Assembly: GCA_964016885.1 (NCBI GenBank) | Contig: OZ024742.1 | Span: forward strand, 211,358,001-211,422,000 | Origin: Eledone cirrhosa | Lineage: Eukaryota | Direction: 5' to 3' | Length of the DNA: 64,000 nucleotides | Shown: piece after piece, positions 27,222 to 43,186 of the stretch | How positions within the stretch are numbered: the stretch's first letter is position 1 | Layout: each line of letters opens with the position of its first letter | The notes under the pieces: generated by a model | Database searches by the model: none | Told to the model about the DNA's origin: nothing | Seen by the model: only the letters and a program-made list of their open reading frames with translations | Program-made: the position numbers and the translations under genes

Positions 27222-29187
27222 CATACGCATACAGGGTTGGCACACCATTAAGGTCAACTAGAACGCATTACTGAACTTTAAAGGATCAGTTTTATACAAA
27301 TTTGTAAACAACATTAAATATAGAATAATTTGCAACGATAAAACATTTTGATCTGTAGCAGCATTCTGAAAATATCCAAAGCTGCGGTGAGTCATGACCT
27401 GTCACATGAATTGGCTTGAGTGAACGTGGACTGTATAGTAGAAAACGCTGGCTAATTTCCTTAGTGAGATCAGAGCAAGAAGTGTCAAAAGCTAGGTTTG
27501 CCAGTTTAAAAGATCGTAAGTTAAAATTATTTTATTTGGTAGAATAGAGTGCATACAGTAGAGTTCAACTAGGGCACGCGCTATGTATATATATACCAGT
27601 TTCAAGCATTGAACTGGTGAAGCTGGAATACCAACTTCACATCAACCGCATTCCTTGTCCGATACTGAATTTACCGATCGTGGTAGGATAAAAGGCTAAT
27701 TAAACATGAACGAGTTTTGAACTAAAAACGTAAAGAATTATAACCACCACCACAATGTCTTTCTGTCAGTTATCTCTCCCATGTTTCTAATAATCGCGTT
27801 ATATGCAATGAAAATGCTCGTAAACATAAAAAGTATATCCCCGCACAGTGTTCGTACGTTTCTGAACGTACGCGATTACTTATAATAAAACGGATTTAGT
27901 GTTATCGAAGCTGTTGGCTTTAGAAAGAGCATACTGAAAATACGTACTCATATCGATCTTAAATGAATTTTGAATCGAGTGCATTCAGAGTGGCAATACA
28001 ACCTTTGTTATTAAATTAATAAGGGACGCGTAACATAACCATAAAAAAGGACGAGAGAATATTTAGCTTTTCAAACAGAACATTTTCCCTTTAATAAATA
28101 AATAAACCAAGGCATTGATACTTGATTACATTTAGGTCAGCATTTCTTTGTTTTGTTTTTTTAGAGAGAGAGAGTTAAAATATTTATAATTTGACTTCTA
28201 AACCTCAAATAGGATAGTTTTGATACGGGGGTAGGGGGGGGGGGGATATAAAACTCATAATGAAATATAGATACAGTACGGACTTGTTGAACTCAGTATG
28301 TATATTTTCATTCTTAACTCGTTATTTTTGGAGCTTTCATATATCTCGCTGAAAAAACTGTTTTAGAGTTGATATGACCCTATTTCCGTGAGAAAGAAAA
28401 ATTTGCTATCACAAATTAGAAAATTATAATGGTATTATTTAAATTATAATTATATTATTAGTCAAGATACACACACATATATGTGTGAATATGTTGATTT
28501 GAGTTTCTCAAGTTATTACTTTTAGGTTTTTAATTTCTTTTAAATCAATTAAATTAAGAAGTTGAATTATAAAAATATGAGATATAATTCCGTATAAACT
28601 TTTATCAGTTCTTAAACAAAAAAAAATGTATTCTACAGGCATTTATTGCATTAAGTTAAAAAAAAAAAAAATAACTTTACAAAACTGTACCCTGAAAGTA
28701 ATTTTGCACCAGCTATTAAAAAACGTTGTTAAAAAATATATATATAAATATAATTAGATAAACAAAACTAGGCAATGGACCTCATCTCCATGTTGCTTTT
28801 TTTTTAATTGTTGGCTCCACAATATAAAGTATCACGTGATCATAATGACTCGAGAACAGTATCAATACTAAACACGATATCAACCTCTTATGGCAAGTTA
28901 ACATGGACCGCTTATTTACACTAAAATATGAATTCGTTATAAATAATACTGATGACTTTCATAACGAGATGAAGAATGAAATGAGATTAAATAGGAACTT
29001 AAATATATATATTTATAGCGACTATATGTGAAGCATAACGTACATTTAATATATATAATATTGTACATTATGTTGACTATGTGAGTACCATAAATACTAC
29101 TTTCATATTGATGTTTAATGTTATCGAAGATGTTAATGGTTGGGTTATTTTCACATCTTTTCTAATTTAATCAATTCTATCAATATG

Positions 29188-29238
<51 letters not shown>

Positions 29239-29569
29239 TGTATGTATACATACACACACACACATACATACACAGAGGCATGCGCACGCAAGTACAAATC
29301 GACTAGGATGTGTAAAAAAAACGTAATACACAAGTGAGAGGTGTTGATATTGTGGATATACTGTGATGATACTGCTCGTTATATAGTGGAGAGGAGAAGG
29401 TAGTGAAGATATTGCATGTGATATATTGCGTATAGTTGTTGCTGCTACTGCTGCTCCAATAATCGTAGTTTCTGTGGTTAGCCTTCGTTAATTGTATCTT
29501 CCTTGAAACGACCATGCATAAGAAAAAATGTCGATAAGTCCAATAAGTATTCTTTAGATACTTAGATAT

Positions 29570-29900
29570 ACTTACGGTATGAAATCTGGAGTGTGATTTG
29601 AATGCTTTGTTTTGCCTTTCGTTAAAAAGAAATTAACTCTCTATCATTTTTGAAAGTAGCACTACGTTTCCAGCGTTTGTAGCGGTCCCTGATCCTTTCC
29701 CCCGAGTGTTACGGGACAGGTTTCTACTCGTGCGCATGCTCATAATAGTGATATGCAAATAATATCACCGTTTTAACCAATCATAGCGAAACGTAGCTGT
29801 TTTTCATGCTTCATTGATTCTTCCCACAATGCACCGAGGCGTTTTAGAACTAGTTATGACGTAGATTCACCCATCTATTTAGAGGGAGTGACTTTCCGGA
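29570..29900 (-). promoter_or_regulatory. Promoter-like motif cluster with a candidate non-coding first exon
   Basis: TGCGCATGC (NRF1-like), ATGCAAAT octamer, CCAATCA, TTCCCACAATGCAC (Staf/ZNF143-like) and TGACGTA within about 140 bp; minus-strand donor gtaagt at 29575-29570. Confidence 0.55.
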
Positions 29901-30167
29901 CCTTCTATAAAGCATAGAGTACACTATACTGTTTTCCTCCTCATACTTATTTTATATGAAATTATACTGTTTTATATTGTTTACACAATGTACTTTTGGA
30001 GAACATAAAACAGAAATTTAAAATTAATTTTTATTAGTGGGTACAGAAGAGTTTTTTTTAGCATAACCTCACATAGTTAATACATAATTTTGATATTGAA
30101 TTTGTTTACGGGAATGTATTTTCACATTTTTTACTTATATATGCATCACATTATATTTATACTATAG

Positions 30168-30352
30168 GCGGCGGTGGATTGGCAGTATCGGTAGAGGGTC
30201 GGACGCCATGCTTTCCAACATAGTTACGTCCCTTTACGATCTGAGTTCAAATCCCGCCGAGGTTGACTTTGCCTTTCATCCTTACGGGGTCGATAAAATA
30301 AAGTACCAGTAATGTACTGGATAATTGCTGGCCTTGTGCCTAAAGTAGAAAC
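30168..30352 (+). mobile_element. tRNA-derived SINE, family S2
   Basis: ggcggcggtggattggcag...gagttcaaatcccgccgaggttgactttgcctttcatcc...gggtcgataaaataaagtaccag. Confidence 0.8.
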
Positions 30353-31184
30353 AATTATATTTATACTATATTGTAATTAAGAAGAATATTCTGTATAAAT
30401 GCAACTATATGATTTGCATATTAATTTAAAATATAATTTTACAGTTATAGATTATATTCACTTTTTTAAGTAAATGAAAATAAAAACGATTCGTTCAATG
30501 ATTTTTAGGAAATTCAGGTAGCTCCAAGCATACACGTATATGCAGACATGCATGTATGTATGTATGTAAACATGTCCGCAGGCATGTGTAAATTTGGGAT
30601 TCTATAGATAATACATATTCATATAAGTATGTCCGTACGAGTGTTAACATGCGTGTGTATAAGATATGTATATGTACAAATTTGGGTAAGTGTATATATG
30701 TGTGTTTGGGCACAGAAACCGGTGTGTGTGTTATATTGAATAGTGGTCATATGTGGTTACCGACAGGCAAAATGGACAGCCATCTTGACAGTATTTTTTT
30801 TTTTACATGAAAACTTGTCTCTTTTAGTCATTGGGATAATGCAATAGAATGTTGGTAGTAATTTACTTCTACCTTTCTTTCTAAATATTTAAAAGTAAAA
30901 TATGATATCCTATTTTTGTTAGAACAAATTAAATCATAAAATGATTAAAAAATAATAAATTCAAAATTTCCGTAGAAAATACAAAGTACAGAAACATATT
31001 TTAAAGATCACTTAACACTTCTAGGGTTTCAATTTATGACATATTTTCGATTTTTAAAAAATATAATAACGAAATGATAACGATCGTGACAACGTTGATG
31101 ATGAAGGCGTTATATGAGTTTTAATGAAAGTAGAATAAAGAGTATTATTTGTAGAATTTCTTTATGTGTGTGTCTGTATGTATG

Positions 31185-31248
<64 letters not shown>

Positions 31249-32960
31249 AGAGTATTGAAGTTTGCTTGAAGCATTGTGGAATAATAATATATATATATAT
31301 ACACACACATATACACAAGTGTGACAGTGAATTAAAGTACGCTTGTACTCTTGGGTTCCAAATAATAGGTGGAATAAGCGAGGGTAGTGGGAAATCTGTA
31401 ATTTTCTATGTTGTCTCTATTGATTTTTTTTTAAAACCAGAATTAGTCGTTTAGTTTACATATTGAGACCCCAACCCATCCTATTTATTTATAACATATG
31501 GTATTTCTAGTAATGTACTTTTTTGTTATATATAGTGTTTGTTTTTAATGTATAAAAAAAATGAAATGTCGCAGGAATGTTACCACTTAAAATATAATTT
31601 CGCCGGAGATAGATTAAAAAAAATTAATAAGCGGGGGACGAGGCTACTCGAGACCCGAGAGTATGCGAAATGTAAATACTTGTTAAATATAGATTTGTGT
31701 TGATGTGGAGTGTGACGTGAGTATGGGTGTAATGTGGGTGTATGCGCGCGCACATTAGTATTTTTGTAGACTCTCTTCAATATTACAATAATCAAACAAT
31801 ATTTCCCTACCTCCGATTGTTTAATTAAATATTTAATCGTAACTAGTATATAATTTATAAACTTTCAGATGTTTTTATTTTTGTTTTGTATGAACGGTCA
31901 AATACTTAAAAGTACATTACGATTTATCCGAAACAGTGGAGACTATATATATATATTTGATAAAAATAATTATAAACGCTACTTCAATGAGTGTTGAGTT
32001 ACACTCAAATACACTGCTTGACATTGTGCCTGAGAATGAGTTTTATTTTTAAATATACATAATAAGAATTACTCTAGATTATAAAAATATGTTCATTCCA
32101 ATGAAACAACTTCATTAAAACTAAAAAGTTACGATATATTTTTAACTATCAAGAATTTCTGCGTGAGCATCCCACTATAACAAAAGCATGTTGCGTACGT
32201 GAGATTCAGACATTTCTTTAATGGCGAGGACTAAATCAGATCGTTTTGAGTGAAGCTGTTCAGTATTAAGTTCTCTCTTTCTATCTCCCTTCTCTCTCCA
32301 TGTCTTCCTCTTCTTTTCTTTCCTTTCCTTTTCGCCTTTTCTCATTGTAACTGATGAAAATATGTTTCGAGTGTAGTATAGGAGTCGCCGTACTGAAAAG
32401 GTACTTGTTTGGAGTTAAGAATATTTGATGAACATGTATGTCATATATACAATATATAAATTACACATATTGTATACAATATGTAAATTACACATATTGT
32501 ATATAAAGATATGAATATATAGAGAACATCTGTACATGATGTAATAAGCACCTTACTTTAAGTGTATTGCTTTTATTTATATATATATATAAAATATATA
32601 TGTGTGTGTGTGTGCGTGCGCGTGCGTGTATATATATATATTCATTATTATTAAGCCTTAACAATGAACATTAAAACGCTACTTCAGCATTGAGTACTCC
32701 TTTCTCTCAGCCGTCAAACATATACGGATATATATATATCGTATTTACGATAGATAGACGTTATAGCTAGAAATAAAAATAGACAGTAAAAAGAATAAAG
32801 AATTTTCATGATTGCCTGATTTACTACTATGGCATTTACACTGTAAAACAAATACAAAATGAATTCAGTTGATAAAATTCGGTTTAAATTTTTATGGAAA
32901 TATATTTTGGCAATATTTTATAATTAAAGCTTCATAGTTTTCGATGTATGACAGTCTTGT

Positions 32961-33087
<127 letters not shown>

Positions 33088-33182
33088 TTAATTAGAAAGT
33101 GAACAACACAAAATATAACTACTCCATTACCAAAGGTTTCTGGATCCCAGACAATAATAATATACGTCTGAATCGGTCGTCA

Positions 33183-33326
<144 letters not shown>

Positions 33327-33418
33327 ATATATATTATATATATATATATATATAATATATATATATATATAAGTATGTATATATATATATAGAAATGAAA
33401 TTTCGTTTCATGTTTTCC

Positions 33419-33465
<47 letters not shown>

Positions 33466-33466
<1 letters not shown>

Positions 33467-33591
33467 CGAAGGAATTGTGGTAAGGAACCTGATGGACCAT
33501 AAAGCACCAAAGTACTCAATACTTAGGGTAGTAAAGTGGGTAATAGGAACAAGTATGACCCCGACGGCAGAGCTCAAACCGTTTCGACGGC

Positions 33592-33593
<2 letters not shown>
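33466..33593 (-). mobile_element. PLE-like tail, family H3, between (TA)n tracts
   Basis: Reverse complement matches 34213-34303, 34394-34474, 36260-36389 and 49490-49600. Confidence 0.75.
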
Positions 33594-33627
<34 letters not shown>

Positions 33628-33848
33628 CGACACAATGTATATCATAATACTTTTTCTCTCGTATTTAATTCTAACATGCTTCTATGTGTTATATACTCAT
33701 ACTTAGATATGTACATACATACAAATGTGTTTGTTTGCAGGTTATGCTCCAGCATGGCCTTCGTCGTGATGACTAAACTAATGAGTATTTGCATCAAAAT
33801 GTATGTGTATATACTGCATAAATATATATGAATGTACACACACACACA

Positions 33849-34040
<192 letters not shown>

Positions 34041-34185
34041 CTTATGATTTCTCCCGAATGAAACAGTTCTAGTCCTGTAGAAGCCATTTTTATATCAAAT
34101 ATTTGTACTCTGCTATGTATTGAGTATCTTACTTACTGTTGCTACCCCCGATTGAACCCGGGATAAACATATATATATATATATA

Positions 34186-34303
34186 TAGGAACCAGTAAGA
34201 CCCCTGGGGTCTTACTGGTTCCTATTACCCACTCTACTACCTCAAGTATTGAGTACTTTGGTGCGTTATGGTCCACCTGGTTCCTTACCACATTTCCTTC
34301 GTT
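34186..34303 (+). mobile_element. Family H3 tail preceded by a perfect 20-bp fold-back
   Basis: ataggaaccagtaagacccc t ggggtcttactggttcctat, then the tail running into (TA)n. Confidence 0.75.
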
Positions 34304-34304
34304 T

Positions 34305-34395
<91 letters not shown>

Positions 34396-34472
34396 TTACC
34401 CACTCTACTACCCTAAGTATTGAGTACTTTGGTGCGTTATGGTCCACCTGGTTCCTTACCACATTTCCTCCG

Positions 34473-34516
<44 letters not shown>

Positions 34517-34648
34517 ATAATAATAAATTTGAAGACTAAAATCCAAAGAGGGCTCGATAAGGATAAATATATATCAAATATATAAGAACCGTAGAGCAAA
34601 TATTTATTAAAATAACAGATTAAATTAAGTTATTTTAATAAATATATA

Positions 34649-34726
<78 letters not shown>

Positions 34727-34806
34727 AACGCCGTACGTTAAAACTATCCATAGTACAGATTAGTCACAACCTCGAACTGGATTACCTAAAACGATAACTT
34801 GTTATC

Positions 34807-34919
<113 letters not shown>

Positions 34920-35566
34920 CAATTAAATAATACATTTTTATTTTCGCAAATTTATCAATATAAAAAATGCTACCTATATATGTTGTTACTCTGTGTGTAA
35001 CACTTAAAACAAATTTAAGGGAGATAATTCTTTTTTAAGCCACTTATTCTGAAGAATTTCACCAAATTCTTATCTAAAAAGACATTGCATTCGATCATTT
35101 CAAAATAATATCATTTACTTACAATGGGGGAATGAAAATAACACAATCCCCAGTTTAAGCCCAGAGGTAAATTATGGAAAAGTAAAAAGCAGGCTATATT
35201 CTATAGTGACTGCGACAATTAAGGTATATATGAGCGAACAAATAAAAACAAATGCTATACCAACAGCCTTCATATTACGGATTAATTACATTTAAATATA
35301 TAAAAGAACATTGACAATATATTTTTGTCATCGGAAATGTATATATTTTTATTTTGAATTGCTAAATTGCTTGATATTTATACCTACTTCGTACAACATA
35401 GTCAAGATTCTAATCCGTTCCACTTTATTTTGCATAAACGTTATCATAGCTCTAATTAAATTCAAGTGTCGAGAAGTTTTTATTGAGCACTCGCCGTGAT
35501 GAGATACCTCGTTTTTCGGTCAGTTAATGTTTTCTGTGAAGCGCATGTGTCTATTATCTCTTTATT

Positions 35567-35661
<95 letters not shown>

Positions 35662-35690
35662 ATATAATATAAATATATATATATACATGT

Positions 35691-35728
<38 letters not shown>

Positions 35729-35865
35729 TTATATTCCGGCTCTGTAAAACATCTGATGTATTTACATTGAGCTATTTTTCTTACTTGTAATAAGGTAGTA
35801 ATGAATTACTGACCTTTCCTGTTTATAATTATATATAGTGTATATATAAGTATAAATAATATTAT

Positions 35866-35902
<37 letters not shown>

Positions 35903-36151
35903 ACAAACACGTACATACACGTACATACAAGGAAAAGCTTGACAGTGACTTCGAAGTTCGACTTTCATCCTTACGGGATCGATAAAACAAAGTACCAGTA
36001 ACACACTGAGGTCGATTTAATCGACTTTCCCCTCCATGAAATGGTTGGCCTTGTGCCTAAATCAGAATCCATTAATTATTATTATAAAAATCTCTGATAG
36101 CAAATATATTTATTATACAGTGGGTTGTGCGCGTTTGTGTGTGTAAATATA

Positions 36152-36198
<47 letters not shown>

Positions 36199-36386
36199 AA
36201 AAAGTATGACCCCGACGGCAGAGTTCAAACCGTTTCGACGGGTATTTCTGGACTGAAATAGCCTTCGAAACGGCTTGAACTCTGCCGTCGGGGTCATACT
36301 TTTTTCTTATTTCCCACTCTACTACCATAAGTATTGAGTACTCTGGTGCGTTATTGTCCATCTGGTTCCTTACCACAATTTCTTTG

Positions 36387-36389
<3 letters not shown>
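36199..36389 (+). mobile_element. Family H3 fold-back and tail
   Basis: Arms about 36199-36240 and 36264-36304; tail actctactaccataagtattgagtac. Confidence 0.75.
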
Positions 36390-36470
<81 letters not shown>

Positions 36471-36708
36471 AGAGAGAGAGAGAGAGACGACACAATGTAT
36501 ATCATAATACTTTTTCTCTCGTATTTAATTCTAACATGCCTCTATGTGTTATATACTCATACTTACATATGTACATACATACAAATGTGTTTGTTTGCAG
36601 GTTATGCTCCAGCATGGCCTTCGTCGTGATGACTAAACTAATGAGTATTTGCATCAAAATTTATGTGTATATACTGCATAAATATATATGAATGTACACA
36701 CACACACA

Positions 36709-36785
<77 letters not shown>

Positions 36786-36902
36786 AGATATGTTTATAAT
36801 CTAATCGGTCTAGTTTATGTTTGTATCCTTTTGATAAAATATGTACTACAGTACTCCAGTATGGTCGCTGTTCAATGACTGAAACCAGTAAAAGTATAAA
36901 GG

Positions 36903-36985
<83 letters not shown>

Positions 36986-37652
36986 ATATATGTATATATA
37001 TATATATTTTTTTTTTAGGTGGCGATAGGTGGGCGATGGCCATATTGCAAACCACATTGGATATGCAAATAAAAAAAAATATATTGTGAATCAGCATTAC
37101 GATACATAATGAAAATAAAGTAGTTTTACGAAAATATAAAAATAACTAAATATTGTTTGTTGTATTCCAAAGGAAAAAAAAAAACTCTTCACATAAATAA
37201 AAACTATTTGTATGCATTCATAAATATAAATTAACAAATTCATCACAAACAGTCGCTTGCGGCACGCGAGCAGGGCACAGCGCGTATCTGTCTCAGAATA
37301 TGAGTCAGTTAATAATAATTTAGCTATTAGCACTCCCTTTCCACTCTATAGATAAGACGGTAACAGAGTTATAAAAAAAAGTAATTCATAAAAAAAAAAC
37401 GATTTCATTTGCAGTAGGAATTAACACTACACTATGGTATAATTCGTACGTTTTCTTTTTCTCTTTAAAAAAAAAAATAGCTACTTATACGGAACATTGT
37501 GTTTGTTATTCTTGTTAATGTGATGTGTATATATATATATATATATTCACACACATATATATACGCAGTTTATTTAAACCGATTCATTTACTATACTCTA
37601 TACCATGTATTGAGTACTCTCTCTTTTTCGTTGAGAAGCTGGTAGGTACACA

Positions 37653-37713
<61 letters not shown>

Positions 37714-37783
37714 TACAAATATTAATAAAATAGATGTTCTTTTGATAAATTACATTTTATTATACATATTTCGGAGGTACAAC

Positions 37784-37836
<53 letters not shown>

Positions 37837-37946
37837 TGTGTACCTACCAGCTTCTCAACGAAAAAGAGAAAGCTGTCGAGTGCTCTGAATCAGTTATAAA
37901 CATTTATATTTGTTGAATTACCAACAAATTGAACATCCCTTCTGCT

Positions 37947-37980
<34 letters not shown>

Positions 37981-38101
37981 TGTGTATGTATGTGTGTTTA
38001 TATGTATTTGTGTATGTATATATATATGTAAGTATATGCATATACATATGTATGTGTATATGTGTGTATATATATATATGTGTGTACATATATATATATA
38101 C

Positions 38102-38159
<58 letters not shown>

Positions 38160-38234
38160 ACATATACACACATATATATGTATGTATATATATATATATA
38201 TACACATATATATATATGTATATATGTATGTATA

Positions 38235-38280
<46 letters not shown>

Positions 38281-38301
38281 GTATATGTATATATATGTGT
38301 T

Positions 38302-38413
<112 letters not shown>

Positions 38414-38414
38414 C

Positions 38415-38447
<33 letters not shown>

Positions 38448-38548
38448 TACGTACATATATATATATATATACACACACATATACACATACATATATATAT
38501 ATTATGGGATACTGTTAGCTTCTCGCTACAACAATTTCTATACTTTTC

Positions 38549-38855
<307 letters not shown>

Positions 38856-39016
38856 ATTTCATAAACGGAGAAAGCTAGTAGCGATACTCCGACCAATTTC
38901 CAACTCACTCAACAAACATTAGGAAATACCGGAGTATATTCCCAATTAAACGTTTGGGGTGCTAACTACATTGTATTATGTGGAAAATTGGCTGTATTAT
39001 TTCATATGAGATATAT

Positions 39017-39359
<343 letters not shown>

Positions 39360-39489
39360 CATATATATATATACATATATATATATTTAGAAACACACAG
39401 ATACATGCGGACACACACATATATACATGAATGCATCCGCACCCAACTGTGATATATATATATACATATATATATATACATATATATAT

Positions 39490-39568
<79 letters not shown>

Positions 39569-39623
39569 TATATGTATATATATATATATACATATATATA
39601 TATACATATATATATATACATAC

Positions 39624-39719
<96 letters not shown>

Positions 39720-39829
39720 CTTCGTTGATTATATATATATTATTTATATAACAGGTTGAATGAGTTGGGCTGTATAACCCAACGAAACGTAAGTAGCTGT
39801 ATATGTCACTGATGTAATTATTATATATG

Positions 39830-39911
<82 letters not shown>

Positions 39912-41818
39912 ACATACACGTGCGCGTACATCCACACATTTATATATAACGCGCTGAGACCGTCTTTATGTCCACTTCTAAGTTTCTTTTTACTCTTCGT
40001 GTTATTTTAACTGCTAGGAAAAATTCAGGTTTCCCTTAGGACAGTATAAAAGACAGATTTGTTATGTTGTAACGGAATAGGAAATCTTCATTGCTGTTTG
40101 CTTTTGGTCTACTTTTATTTTTCTTCACCTCATACATGCATATAATAACACTAGTTCCTACTGACTAGACACGATCAAAACCTTTTTTTTTTTTAAGGTA
40201 GAGAAACTATGTGGCGTTCATACCTTTCTCAGTGGAACTAACGAATGTAAATGTTTGTTTGACACTCACAATAACAATCGGCTCGCCGCAAAATTTGTCC
40301 CGCTGTATGGGATTTCCTGACTAGGCACAAAGCTCTAGATTTATGCTGGTGTGGACAGGTGTATATGTGCCATGTATATGGTATATGTGTGAAGTTCATT
40401 AACGACCAATCTTTAAGTGTAATGGCCAATAACTGGAAATGTGCGAGTGTTTTTTTTTTATGGATTTAAAACGAGGGGGAAATGTTACTTAGAACTAGAA
40501 ATAGGAATATTAGTAAACAAAAATAGCAGAAACGGTGTAATGCTTTGCATTATTGATTTTCGTCTCTGACTTTGCTTTTCAACATTAATGGGGTCAATAA
40601 ATTAAGTCTACACCTCTCCACTAACAAATTAATGTTAGTACGCTAGGGTCGCAGAAACGATTTAAGGAGGGACTAAAATGCTTAACAATATTTATTTTTT
40701 TCCATGTTTGTATTAGTTGAAATTCCACCGCGGTCAACTACCCTGTTCTTCTAGCTGGGATCAATAAAATACCAAACATTTACTGGTATTGATTCAATCG
40801 ACTATATATACTACACTTTCAAATGTATGGTTTCGTAATTAATTTTAGAAGTTAGTGTTAATACTGGTTAAATGACGAACGCACAGTGGCGTAACAGTTC
40901 ACCACCTGCTCAAAGGAATTCCCTTTCATTTGCACCGTAAAATACCCTAGAAACATCCCATTCCTCTTCTAAATACAGTGAAAACTGTAATTGCCATGAT
41001 TTCATTGTAATTGCATTTTTAAAAATTTACTCGCACACACAAACACAGAAATGCTATAAAGTTAAACGAACATGGTGGAGCAGTTGTATTAAATTAGATT
41101 ATGTGTCATTCGAATATGAGATCGATAAATTTGCCCAGCTACCTTCCTTGTTCTTTTTCTAATAACCAAAAGAGAAAAGAAAAATAGGAATTCTTCTTTA
41201 TTTATGCAAATCGGGTATATGATAATGTACTTAATGACACGCAAAAATCATAAATTTAAATTTGTCTATTGGAGAAAATTGTTAGCGACACACGATGAGG
41301 TGATATAATTTCGAGAGACTCGTCAGATCGATCTCACTGCTCACAGAGAAATAAAGCCATCGTGGCTAAGATTGTATGTTTATCAAAAAGATATAGCTTA
41401 CATGAATCAAACAAAATCGCTACGTCAAAGAAACAATACCTCGTGGTATTTAGTTTGATCCTTTTATGGAAATGTGGTCGAGGGACTTTGCTTTTTGTGC
41501 CTTATGAATTCGATAAAACAAGTATCCCACAAAGTACCGGGATAGATCCTAGTATTTTTAAATTATTTCCCTTACTTTATAACCCCGTTTGACTTTGCCT
41601 CTTCACCTTTCAGGGTTAATAAAAGAAGTACTGAGCTCGATATAATCGATGAAAACATATGTAGGCGGTGCTCCATCATAACCAAGAGTCAAAGACTGGA
41701 ACAAGTCCAAAGGCATTTAAAAAACAAAAATGTATTTTTACTTATGAATTCATTGTGTGTAAAGGTGAAGAAGGTGGGGGTGGGTTTACAGTTGGGTGAC
41801 TTTCGGACAGCTAGCTTT

Positions 41819-42003
41819 CCGGCATGTCAAACATGCGGCCTTTTACAAGCACACCTGCGCGCCGCATAAAGGTTTTTACAGCGCGAGCATGTTTTATCTT
41901 TGTAAAATTAGTTGTAATGTGCGCAATTATTTGGCGTGTGTGGCCCTCAGACAACACATGTGACCCATGTGGGCCTCGGGGCACCCTCAGTTCGATATGC
42001 CTG
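41819..42003. mobile_element. hAT-like MITE
   Basis: TIRs ccggcatgtcaaac / gttcgatatgcctg with subterminal gcggcc and ggccc motifs; 8-bp TSD not preserved. Confidence 0.6.
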
Positions 42004-42282
42004 CTGTAGACAACTTTAAGTGTTTGTGTGAGGCTAGTAGTTCTCTGTAGTTCATCCACATCCATCTTAACCTCACATACACTAACTCTAACTAAACCCT
42101 ATATTATTACCAGGCGGCGATAGTAAATATAGAGATAAATGAAATTCATAAAGATGCCGGCAGTCAGTCAACATTTATAATTTATTGCGTATGCTCGAAA
42201 AATGGAAAAATAGATAAAAATTCTTTTAATATTTGTTAGACATACAAACAGCCGTAGATTAATACACACACACATACATGTT

Positions 42283-42334
<52 letters not shown>

Positions 42335-42550
42335 AAGTAAACAGAAACAACACAGTACAATGATGAAATATATTAGTTTAACGCTTGCTATAGTAGGAAA
42401 AATGTCTTATACACACAAACATACATATATACATATATACAAAATTGGGTGAAGCTGAAATATTTTGCATAGCGTAAGAAACAAACAATATTAACGCTAT
42501 ATACTCTACAAACAGTTTTTATTGCAGATACTCTTGTCGACTAGATACAC

Positions 42551-42661
<111 letters not shown>

Positions 42662-42848
42662 AATCTACCAAAATATACGGTAGTGTCCAATCCGTATGAA
42701 GAACTCAATGTAATCCAAATATCATGAAAAGAGAAGATGTATTCAACATTTTTTCGATGAAAAACACAGGAAAACAGAGTCAAGATAAATTAATAAAAAT
42801 AATGAATAAAAACATTAAAATAATGAATAAAAACATTATAATAAATAA

Positions 42849-42891
<43 letters not shown>

Positions 42892-42914
42892 GTTATTCCG
42901 GGTTTTAATATAGA

Positions 42915-42969
42915 TGAGATTCTACAGGACTAGAACTGTTTCATTCATTAGAAATCATCAGGAATCTCA
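42915..42969 (-). ncRNA. Complete type I hammerhead ribozyme (H1), left arm
   Basis: tgagattc-CTGATGA-tttctaatgaat-GAAA-cag ttctagtc ctg-TA-gaatctca; 8-bp stem I, GUA cleavage triplet. Confidence 0.85.
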
Positions 42970-43019
42970 GATTCCTGATGATTTCTAATGAATGAAACAG
43001 TTCTAGTCCTGTAGAATCT
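42969..43019 (+). ncRNA. Complete type I hammerhead ribozyme (H1), right arm
   Basis: agattc-CTGATGA(42975-42981)...GAAA(42994)-cag..ctg-TA(43013)-gaatct. Confidence 0.85.
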
Positions 43020-43021
43020 CA

Positions 43022-43075
<54 letters not shown>

Positions 43076-43186
43076 TTATTTATTATAATAAATTGAAGTG
43101 AAAGCAACTGGTGCGTGTGTTTCTTTATTGGCAACATGACCCTCCCAAAGTATAACAATATATACGTATATATATTTATATATATA

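Noticed and set aside
32345-32410. CTGATGA...GAAA motif
   Set aside because: No stem I complement and no valid NUH site.
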